Made by a program: the position numbers and the translations under genes. DNA of 48,036 nucleotides, filler included, from an uncultured virus (IMG/VR IMGVR_UViG_2061766007_001949) (taxonomy: Duplodnaviria > Heunggongvirae > Uroviricota > Caudoviricetes). It is 4 parts of one record of this genome, joined end to end, with 100 filler letters (N's around TTAATTAATTAA, not from the genome) between each part and the next. Parts side by side here need not be neighbours in the genome. Positions count along the whole stretch, not along the records: positions 6,605 to 32,764 come from IMGVR_UViG_2061766007_001949; 3 more parts are not named here. The stretch is one strand, 5' to 3'. Under the pieces are notes generated by a model. It was not told the origin of the DNA. It searched no databases and saw nothing but the letters and a program-made list of their open reading frames with translations. Shown in pieces: positions 19,195-27,596 of this stretch (position 1 is its first letter; each line of letters opens with the position of its first letter).

Positions 19195-21483
19195 TTAAGC
19201 GTCAATTCCCATCATCATGTTATAGTGCTGCTCCTGATGCATGGCCTCGAAGATGAGACGAAGCACCGTCTTGTATTGCTCTGCGTCCACACAGTCCTCC
19301 ACATAGTTCAGGCCGTCCGTGATTCCTGTGGAATTGTTGATGTAGGAAAGCATGGACGAAGCCAGATGGTACCGAGTATAGTCTGGCTGACCGTCTTCTG
19401 TCTGGTCGATAAATCTCTTTCGATTCTCTTCCTTCTCCAGAACTTCCTTGCGGATGTTCGTGCCCTCGTACCCGCAGAGCTGCAGGAAATAATACTCCAG
19501 AATCCGTCGAATGACGTTCATGGCCGTGATAGGCGACGTGACCTCTTTAAGCTCGTCCCACAAAGCGGCGTAAGAATTCTGCACCGGATTGTAGTTCTCC
19601 AGCTGTGAGGGGACGGCGCTCCGCCTCGTGCAGCGTGTGACGCTGGAGATGTTGTCTGTCTTCCGAATGATAAAGAAGGAGACGCTCCGATACCGCTGCA
19701 CCTGATGGTAGGTGATTTCCCGGTGGAAGTACACGTTATGTGTCAGGATGAAAATCTGCTTGATGTAGTCGCCTTCCACGACATGGCCCTGATAGTCGGT
19801 ATTATTGTAGCAGACCTCGACCATCTCCCGGACGAGAGAGCTTACGATGAACAGCGCTCCGCTGTCCATGCTGGACACCGGGTCATCGATGACCACGATT
19901 TTATCCTTGAGCGCATCGCTGCACTGGCTACCACGCACAAGGTGGTAGAAGTAAAGGAACGCAATAAAGTTCCGTTCGCCTTCGCTCAGCTTGTCCGCAA
20001 TGGTGCCGTCCGGACGGATGACCTCGTAGACATTTTGAACGCCTTCCTTGCCCCGGAGGCTGAACCCCTGAAAACCGGAGTCATGCAACAGTGCATTGAT
20101 GCCCGCGATGGTAGCCTCCGTATTCACGACCTGTTTGTTGAGCTCACTGATTTCTGCAGCGATTTTACGGCCATCCGCGACAATGCCAGCAAGCTTTGTC
20201 TGCAGAGCGCTGATTTCACCATCAAGCGCAGCAGTCTTGCTGTGGTACTCGGCGACAGCATCTTTCAGGTAAAACGCCAGATACTCCCACACATGCTGCT
20301 TGCACTTGACCTTCTCCGTTCTGAGGTGGCCGACCACATCGTTGTTGGTCTGAATCCGCTTATTGAACTCATCAATGATGGAGCCGAGCTCAATGAGGAG
20401 AGTGTCGGTATCCTCCAAGGACGCAATGGTGGTGGGCTCCTTTATCTTCGCGGCAATACGCTGAAGATTGATGGTGATGGCATTTGAAAGCAACTGCAGC
20501 TTCGTCTGGTACTCTTCCAGCTGTAAATCCGGAAGCACCTTATCCATGTTTTTCTTCAGCGTTTCCAGAATGCCGGTCATCTCCCGCTCGTAGACCGTTT
20601 GGAACTCCGTGATGGCGGTGATGTCCTCGGTATAATTGGTGTCAAAGCACTTTGCAATCTCCTGCTCAAAATTCGCAGGCAGCTTCTGCTGACAATAAGG
20701 ACATTTTCCGTCAGTGCGACCACCGAAGGATGCGTGGCCGTGCCGTACCCAGTCGGTAGCGTTCAGCGCAGTGATAAAGCTGGAAAACGGCGTTTCGCTG
20801 CTGCTGAAGATGGGCTTGCCCATGAGCTCAAACCCCGGAAGTGTGGCGTAAGTGACTCTGCCAGCTTTGTTGAACAGCGGATAGGATTCTCCGCTTCCTT
20901 GATAGACCGTTTGATAAAGCGTGACCAGCTCATCATAATCGTGGTCGACCGGCGTAGTGCTCAGAATCTCTGTTGCAAACAGCTGCGGCCTTTTCTTGCC
21001 GGTTACGGCGGCATCAAAGATTCCACGCAGTTCTTTGGTGCGCTCCCAACAAGCCTGTTGATAATCGGCAAGAGCCTGCTCCTTTGCGGCTGACTTGGCA
21101 TCCAAGTCTCCTTTGCAAGCACCATGCTGCTCCAGCAGCTTTTTTCGCTCGTCGTTCTTTTCCTTTACCTGCTTCTGAACAGCGATGTTTTCCTCCGCAA
21201 CGGTAAACACACCGGGGAGATTATCGTAGTTTTCAAAATTGTCTCGAATGAAGTCCGCATCATAAACGAGAACATCATAACTGTCAGCTGGCCGGTCACT
21301 CTGCCACTCCACGCTGCCGGGTAGATTTCCGCGAATCGTCCGAGCAATGGTCGACTTGCCAGCGCCGTTCTTGCCATAGAAGAAATTGATGAAGGTCGGC
21401 TCAACGGTCTCCCCGTTGAAGGTGGCATCGGTCAGAACGAGCTTTTGGATGGCCGACGTCATTTTCTCATTCATCTTGCTCAC
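19195..21483 (-). CDS. RloC-like SMC/Rad50-type ABC ATPase (AAA_13) with C-terminal HEPN-like domain
   Basis: Walker A GKNGAGKST, coiled coils, zinc hook CPYC, signature LSEGE, Walker B/D-loop VIDDPVSSMD, H-loop LTHN, and C-terminal NVIRRILEYYF. Confidence 0.88.
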   Translation of the reverse strand: MSKMNEKMTSAIQKLVLTDATFNGETVEPTFINFFYGKNGAGKSTIARTIRGNLPGSVEWQSDRPADSYDVLVYDADFIRDNFENYDNLPGVFTVAEENIAVQKQVKEKNDERKKLLEQHGACKGDLDAKSAAKEQALADYQQACWERTKELRGIFDAAVTGKKRPQLFATEILSTTPVDHDYDELVTLYQTVYQGSGESYPLFNKAGRVTYATLPGFELMGKPIFSSSETPFSSFITALNATDWVRHGHASFGGRTDGKCPYCQQKLPANFEQEIAKCFDTNYTEDITAITEFQTVYEREMTGILETLKKNMDKVLPDLQLEEYQTKLQLLSNAITINLQRIAAKIKEPTTIASLEDTDTLLIELGSIIDEFNKRIQTNNDVVGHLRTEKVKCKQHVWEYLAFYLKDAVAEYHSKTAALDGEISALQTKLAGIVADGRKIAAEISELNKQVVNTEATIAGINALLHDSGFQGFSLRGKEGVQNVYEVIRPDGTIADKLSEGERNFIAFLYFYHLVRGSQCSDALKDKIVVIDDPVSSMDSGALFIVSSLVREMVEVCYNNTDYQGHVVEGDYIKQIFILTHNVYFHREITYHQVQRYRSVSFFIIRKTDNISSVTRCTRRSAVPSQLENYNPVQNSYAALWDELKEVTSPITAMNVIRRILEYYFLQLCGYEGTNIRKEVLEKEENRKRFIDQTEDGQPDYTRYHLASSMLSYINNSTGITDGLNYVEDCVDAEQYKTVLRLIFEAMHQEQHYNMMMGIDA

Positions 21484-21691
21484 CTTCCTTCTCGCTGGCG
21501 CTTCCGTTATTCCTTACCCAATCATCGACTTCCGATATTTTGAATTTATATCTCTTTCCGACCTTGTATGCGGGTATCCGTCCTTCTCTGGCCCACGTTC
21601 TGGCAGTATCTTGTGTGATGCCGAGATAGTCGGCAACATCCTCCAGATTGACCCATTTCTCTACCTGCATGCTTTCGTATTCTGTGCTCAT
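21467..21691 (-). CDS. Excisionase-like helix-turn-helix DNA-binding protein
   Basis: WVNLEDVADYLGITQDTARTWAREGRIPAYKVGKRYKFKISEVDDWV. ATG at 21691 with GAGGAGG RBS. Confidence 0.88.
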   Translation of the reverse strand: MSTEYESMQVEKWVNLEDVADYLGITQDTARTWAREGRIPAYKVGKRYKFKISEVDDWVRNNGSASEKEGEQDE

Positions 21692-21716
21692 GATATACCT
21701 CCTCAAGCTGGGCAGT

Positions 21717-22382
21717 TCACGCCATCGTGAAGACCCTAACCCCAGCACTTTTCAGTACTTCTGTCAGTTTCACTTTTTTCACAGCCCAATGTGTATCATC
21801 AAGCTCATTCCATGCGTAGGCTCTCTGAATCGCCAGACTGTCCGCAAGGCTAAGAACCGTCTGCTGGGGAATCCGGTTCAAAACTTGGAAATGCAGCTCA
21901 ACAGCCTCGTCCAATTCGATGATATCCGTTATGAAGCCATACACCGCATTTTGAGAGGCATCCGCTCTTCCATAGTGTTTGTTCTTGCCCATAATCAGGG
22001 CCGGGTAGGTTTTCAAGACTTCAATTGCCTCCGGGGATAGTGTGGCAAGTTCCTTCGTGACTTCCTCAGCTGTACTTGCGGTCAGCGCATACTCCTTCGA
22101 CACTGTTACTACTCCGCTTTCGGGTGAACAGCCGCCAACCACAACCAGATGAAAGTAGTCATTGTCTACCATGAGGGCATCGCTGATAACAGCCTTGCTC
22201 TCTTGTTTTTTGGAAGGCATCACGAGGACGCTGACGTTTTGCGTGAAGTTTCCTATTTCACCGACCTGAAAATTACGGTCGCCATGCTGTTCCATTCTCC
22301 GGGCCGCTATACCATCCAGCGAAGATTCCGGTTTTAATAGCTCGTTTGCGCTGGTTGGCACAAGCTGCTCATCTTTCGGCAT
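21717..22382 (-). CDS. Hypothetical protein (221 aa) with N-terminal Q/N-rich shared motif
   Basis: ATG at 22382 with GGGAGGA RBS. MEQHGDRNFQVGEIGNFTQNV, then a globular domain ending NELDDTHWAVKKVKL. Confidence 0.8.
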   Translation of the reverse strand: MPKDEQLVPTSANELLKPESSLDGIAARRMEQHGDRNFQVGEIGNFTQNVSVLVMPSKKQESKAVISDALMVDNDYFHLVVVGGCSPESGVVTVSKEYALTASTAEEVTKELATLSPEAIEVLKTYPALIMGKNKHYGRADASQNAVYGFITDIIELDEAVELHFQVLNRIPQQTVLSLADSLAIQRAYAWNELDDTHWAVKKVKLTEVLKSAGVRVFTMA

Positions 22383-22396
22383 TCTGTATCCTCCCA

Positions 22397-23308
22397 TTAC
22401 CAGTTAATCGTGAGATTCTCTATTTTTTCAACCTGAATGTTGTTACTTCCGTGCTGCGAGAAAAAGGTGGGATTGTTATTGACCACTACCTGCTGCGTCG
22501 CTGTTTTCTCGGTGTCAGGCTGGCCTTCCTCCGTTTGGTCAGAAACAGGCTCAGCGTCCACAATTTCTGCCTCGGCTTCATCGCTGGTATCGTTCTCATG
22601 CCGGGGGTCGCCTACGGGCTGGTGATAGTCCAGCGCTATTTCAGGCCAGGTTTCACCCATGCGACCCTGATAGGCCCTCGGCCCGCCGCCGGTGGAAGGG
22701 CACCAGAGGTTAATAGTTTCCTCACCAATTGTAGCCGCTTCTTTCCGCGTAATGGCGAAGTGGAATACTCCCAGAAGGAACGCCTCAAAACACACGCGTT
22801 TTTTCTGAACAAGGTCTTGCTTCTTTACTGGCATCCCATCCACAGAAATATAAAATAGCTGTTCCGCATCTATACTATCATCTTCATTTATCAGCTCGAC
22901 GAGCGCTCTGACGAGTGACTCGTCTTTTTTTGTGCTGTCCTTTATGTCGATGAAGGTGTCCCGGAATGCCCACATTGCATTCAGCGCTTCACCATACTGG
23001 CCTCTAACCCGACCATCAAAGGCTCTTATAGCAGCTCGGTCGCTGAACGGGAAATAAGTTCTACCGCCCTTATCCTTGCAGAGCTTGTAATTTGTTGTGT
23101 TTCCCTTGACGGTATCCATCATGGAAGCATCCGGCATCTTCCAGTCGGGGACGACAACCTTTGCTAAGCCCAGAAGTGTTTCCGGCTCTGTGAGGCCGTC
23201 TCTCTGGCCGCTGTAGTGCTGCCGTGCTCCATATTGTGGCTTCCGTGCCTCCAGAAGGAGCGTGAAGAATGTTCCTCCACAGAGCCTTAGTTTTACGCTG
23301 TTTTCCAA
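22397..23308 (-). CDS. Hypothetical protein (303 aa) with acidic linker and C-terminal Q/N-rich shared motif
   Basis: TTG start with GAGGG RBS. Ends ...QQVVVNNNPTFFSQHGSNNIQVEKIENLTINW. Confidence 0.8.
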   Translation of the reverse strand: MENSVKLRLCGGTFFTLLLEARKPQYGARQHYSGQRDGLTEPETLLGLAKVVVPDWKMPDASMMDTVKGNTTNYKLCKDKGGRTYFPFSDRAAIRAFDGRVRGQYGEALNAMWAFRDTFIDIKDSTKKDESLVRALVELINEDDSIDAEQLFYISVDGMPVKKQDLVQKKRVCFEAFLLGVFHFAITRKEAATIGEETINLWCPSTGGGPRAYQGRMGETWPEIALDYHQPVGDPRHENDTSDEAEAEIVDAEPVSDQTEEGQPDTEKTATQQVVVNNNPTFFSQHGSNNIQVEKIENLTINW

Positions 23309-23330
23309 TGATTGTCCCTCGTTTCAAATA

Positions 23331-23380
23331 CTAACTCTACTAACTCTACCAACTATGGAGCGCTAACTTAGCTAACGATT
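23331..23380. promoter_or_regulatory. Five 9-bp CYAAC direct repeats in the divergent control region
   Basis: CTAACTCTA CTAACTCTA CCAACTATG gagcg CTAACTTAG CTAACGATT. Confidence 0.55.
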
Positions 23381-23586
23381 GGATGTTCCTGTGAGCAATC
23401 GCAGGAACCCACTACTGGAACCCGGAGAGTCGCTGATATATTTCGGTGAATTATCATGCAAACCGGTACAAACCAGTATAACACAAAACTCCGCGAAATA
23501 CAATCAGTTCGACTGAATTCGTGGTGACCAAGTGTGGTTTTTCTCCCGCGATGGCTCGCAAATAAGCCAATCAAAGGAGAAAAATT

Positions 23587-23825
23587 ATGGCTCACTACGA
23601 AAAGAACCCTTTCATCTACGACCGCACCACCGGCGAGAAGATTCCGGTCAGCAAGGAAGTCCGCGACACCTACTACGGCGAGGCAGCCCGCATCCGGATG
23701 AAGGAGCAGGCTCATGGTCGCTGCATCTGCCCTCAGAGCAAGGTCTGGGCTTGTGACGGCGACTGCCTCATCTGTGAGTACCGTCGTTCCGGCGACCTGG
23801 CTTCTCTGGACGTTCCCATCGGTGA
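23587..23825 (+). CDS. Sigma-like regulator, 5' fragment (allele contiguous with the defence island)
   Basis: MAHYEKNPFIYDRTTGEKIPVSKEVRD..., near-identical to 23987-24496. Confidence 0.75.
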
Positions 23826-23986
23826 NNNNNNNNNNGCGACAACTGAAAACACAGCTGACTATTGAGCGGAAGGCTGCAATCCGAAACGGTGAGAACCGTA
23901 CGGACTGCGGATGGTTTACTGTTGCCTTCTTCAGCTGTGCTCTGGGTTTTTCCCTGTTTCGGAACGATGAAACGGAGGAAAACCCT

Positions 23987-24496
23987 ATGAAAAAGTTTGA
24001 CAATCAGAATCAACCCTTTATTTACGACCGTGCCACTGGTGAAAAGATTCCAGTCAGCAAGGAAGTCCGCGACGCCTACTACGGCGAGGCAGCCCGCATC
24101 CGGATGAAGGAGCAGGCTCACGGACGTTGCGTCTGCCCTCAGAGCAAGGTCTGGGCCTGTGACGGCGACTGCCTCATTTGCGAGTACCGTCGTTCCGGCG
24201 ACCTGGCTTCTCTGGACGTTCCCATCGGTGAAGATGGCGAGGATACCCTGATGGACATGGTTCCGTCTGAGGCTCCGGCCATTGAGAGCATCATTGCAGA
24301 CCGCGACCTGCTTGACCGCCTCTTCGCCCGTCTCCGGGAGCTTGACCCCGATGCGGACACCATCATCGCCATGTGGATGGACGACGACAACGTCTCCGAC
24401 CGCGCCATTGCCAAGGCCCTCGGTCGGCCCCAGCGCACCTTCACCGACCAGATGAAGAAGTACCGGACGGAGCTCCGGCGCATCCGGGGCTACTAA
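23987..24496 (+). CDS. Phage sigma-70 region 4-like/HTH transcription regulator with Cys cluster
   Basis: CVCP...CDGDCLICEY; SLDVPIGEDGEDTLMD; C-terminal HTH SDRAIAKALGRPQRTFTDQMKK. Confidence 0.72.
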   Translation: MKKFDNQNQPFIYDRATGEKIPVSKEVRDAYYGEAARIRMKEQAHGRCVCPQSKVWACDGDCLICEYRRSGDLASLDVPIGEDGEDTLMDMVPSEAPAIESIIADRDLLDRLFARLRELDPDADTIIAMWMDDDNVSDRAIAKALGRPQRTFTDQMKKYRTELRRIRGY

Positions 24497-24510
24497 TCCC
24501 CAGCACTCCC

Positions 24511-24555
24511 GGCCCTCTGACCATCGGTTCTCCCGGTGGTCGGAGGGCCTTTTTT
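24511..24555 (+). terminator. Intrinsic terminator after the sigma-like gene (variant copy at about 24705-24747)
   Basis: GGCCCTCTGACCATCGG...CCGGTGGTCGGAGGGCC stem followed by a T tract. Confidence 0.8.
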
Positions 24556-25050
24556 GCTTTTTTGAAAAATCCTCCGCTCAAAACGGCTCCTCACCTTCAG
24601 TGGGAGGTGGAAGGCGACAAACGATACCAGCCTTCAGGGAGGTGAAAACCGTGTACGACAACAACTACAGGAACANNNNNNNNNNTAACAGCTATGACAG
24701 GTAAGCCCTCTGACCATCGTTTTCCCGGTGGCCGGAGGGCCTTTTTTGTTTTTTGAAAATTCCTCCGCTCAAAACGGCTCCTCACCTTCAGTGGGAGGTG
24801 GAAGGCAACAAACGACACCAGCCTTCAGGGAGGTGAAAACCGTGTACGACAACAACTACAGGAACAGCAGCCTCGCAGCCGAGGAGATTCAGGTGCTCAA
24901 GGCTATCTCCCGCGTCTCCGCACGTCTGGCGCAAAAGCTCGCTGCCCTCGACAACCAGAGGCAAACCAAGGAAGGAGGAAATCGCAATGTCAAAGCTGGC
25001 GGATATGGCTATGGCCATTCAAGAACTGCACGATGCGGCTNNNNNNNNNN

Positions 25051-26173
25051 TGCGCTTCTCTCGGCATCTGCCTCAGACCGCTGGCTCCACTGCCCACCAT
25101 CCGCGAGGCTGTGTGAGCTCTACGAGGACAAGGGCTCCGATTATGCCGCCGAGGGCACCGATGCCCACACGCTCTGTGAGTATAAGCTCCGGAAGGCGCT
25201 GGGCATGGAGGCCGTCGACCCCACAGAGAACCTGACCTGGTTCAATCAGGAAATGGACGAGTGTGCCAGCGGCTATGCCGCCTACATCCTTGAACTGGTG
25301 GAGGCCGCCAAGGAGACCTGTGCTGACCCGGTGGTGCTCATCGAGCAGCGGGTGGACTTCTCTCGCTGGGTGGAACAGGGCTTCGGCACTTCCGACGCCA
25401 TCCTTATCGCGGACGGCACCATGCACGTGATTGATTACAAACACGGGCTTGGGATACTCGTCTCCGCAGTGGAAAATCCTCAGCTGAAATGCTACGCGCT
25501 CGGTGCGCTGGAGCTGTTCGATGGCATCTATGATATCGATAACGTGTGCGTTCACATCGTACAGCCCAGACGCCAGAATATCAGCACGTTCGAGATTGCC
25601 AAGGATGACCTGTACCGCTGGGCGGACGAGATTCTGAAGCCCACGGCTGAACTGGCCTTTGCCGGTGACGGCAACTTCCTCTGCGGTGAGTGGTGCGGAT
25701 TCTGCAAGGCCAAGAATGAGTGCCGCGCCCGTGCCGAGGCCAATCTGGAGCTGGCCCGCTACGATTTCAAGCTGCCTCCGCTCCTCACGGACGAGGACAT
25801 CGAGGACATCCTGTCCCGCGTGGACGCGCTGGTATCGTGGGCCTCCGACATCAAGGAGTATGCGCTCCAGCAGGCGGTCAGCGGAAAGGAATGGCACGGC
25901 TGGAAACTGGTCGAGGGCCGTTCCAATCGCAGATATACCAACGAGGCTGCCGTTATCCAGACGGTCAGCGATGCGGGCTTTGACCCGTATGAGCGGAAGC
26001 TGCTGGGCATCACCGCGATGCAAAAGCTGCTCGGCAAGGCCCGCTTTGACGAACTCCTGACGGGCTACATTGAAAAGCCACAGGGAAAACCCACGCTCGT
26101 ACCGGAAAGCGATAAGCGTCCGGCTATGAACACAGCAAAAAATGATTTTATGGAGGAAAACATCGATGAATAA
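25051..26173 (+). CDS. DUF2800-family PD-(D/E)xK (Cas4-like) phage exonuclease; start seen in the variant at 26628
   Basis: ALLSASASDRWLHCPPS; EGTDAH; FGTSDAIL...VIDYKHG; NPQLKCYALGA; CGFCKAKNECRAR. Confidence 0.85.
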
Positions 26174-27238
26174 GAACACCAAATTTACCAATCCCATGAA
26201 GGTCATCACCGGCCCCAACACCCGCTGGTCTTACGCCAACGTCTGGGAGCCCAAGAGCATCAACGGCGGCGCTCCGAAGTACTCGGTCAGCCTCATCATC
26301 CCGAAGTCCGACACCAAGACCGTCGCCAAGATTCAGGCGGCCATTGAAGCGGCCTATCGTGAGGGTGAGTCCAAGCTCAAGGGCAACGGCAAGTCTGTCC
26401 CGGCCCTCAGCGCCATCAAGNNNNNNNNNNCAGCCCCGCGCCCAAGGAGCCGGAACCCAAGCCCGCGCCCACGTTGGAGCAGGTACGGGCGGTGTTGGCG
26501 GAGAAATCCCGCGCCGGTCACACGGCAGCAATCCGGGAACTACTCCGGAAGTACGGTGCCGAAAAGCTCTCGCTGGTCGCCCCGCAGCACTATAAGGCCC
26601 TGCTCAAGGATGTGGAGGGACTTGCCGATGCCACCTAATGGACACGCGCTTCTCTCTGCGTCCGCGTCAGACCGCTGGCTCCACTGCCCGCCATCTGCGA
26701 GGCTGTGTGAGCTCTACGAGGACAAGGGCTCCGATTATGCCGCCGANNNNNNNNNNAGCCAAAGAGACCTGTTCAGACCCGGTCGTGCTCATCGAGCAGC
26801 GGGTGGACTTCTCTCGCTGGGTGGAACAGGGCTTNNNNNNNNNNCGAAGCGGCCTACCGTGAGGGCGAGGCCAAGCTCAAGGGCAACGGCAAGTCTGTCC
26901 CGGCCCTCAGCGCCATCAAGACCCCGCTGCGCGACGGCGACACCGAGCGTCCGGATGACCCCGCCTATGCCAGTGCCTACTTCGTCAACGCCAACGCCAC
27001 CAGTGCTCCCGGTATCGTGGATGCCGACCGCAATCCCATCCTGACCCGCTCTGAGGTCTACTCCGGTGTGTACGGTCGCGCCAGCATCACGTTTTACGCA
27101 TTCAACAGCTCCGGCAATCGCGGCATCGCCTGCGGCCTGAACAATCTGCAGAAGATTCGTGACGGTGAGCCTCTGGGCGGCAAGGCCAGCGCCGAGTCTG
27201 ACTTCGCCACCGACGAAGATGACGATTTCCTTGACTGA
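26166..27238 (+). CDS. DUF2815-family phage single-stranded DNA-binding protein (split: 26166-26420 and 26845-27238)
   Basis: TRWSYANVWEPKSINGGAPKYSVSLIIPK; PLRDGD; VYSGVYGR; GLNNLQKIRDGEPLGG; acidic tail DEDDDFLD. Confidence 0.88.
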
Positions 27239-27313
27239 TGGAGGTGACCNNNNNNNNNNCGACTTCGCCACCGACGAAGATGACGATTTCCTTGACTGAT
27301 GGAGGTGACGACG

Positions 27314-27529
27314 ATGAACGCTACGACCATTCTCTGCATCCTTCTGCTCTCCCTCTATCTGCTCCTGGCAGTGTTCTGGATTGNNNNNNNNNNCGACACC
27401 ATCGATGACCGCAAGCGTGAAAAGCGCAACGCAGCGTGGGAGGCCGAACGCCAGCAGCTTGAGAAGGAGCGTGCCCTGCGCGAGGTGGAATATCACGAGG
27501 CTCGTATGAAGGAGCTCGACAAATCGTAA
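27314..27529 (+). CDS. Small membrane-anchored hypothetical protein (gapped)
   Basis: Hydrophobic N-terminus ILCILLLSLYLLLAVFWI, then a charged helix. GGAGG RBS. Confidence 0.55.
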   Translation: MNATTILCILLLSLYLLLAVFWIXXXXDTIDDRKREKRNAAWEAERQQLEKERALREVEYHEARMKELDKS

Positions 27530-27596
27530 TCCTCATCCAGCGGGTGGTGGGAGCAATCCCGCCACCCATATTCCACTGCTCCGAAAGGATGTGCCT

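Noticed and set aside
25051..26173. Cas4-like nuclease as CRISPR-Cas evidence
   Set aside because: It sits in the standard DUF2800-SSB-PolA phage replication module.
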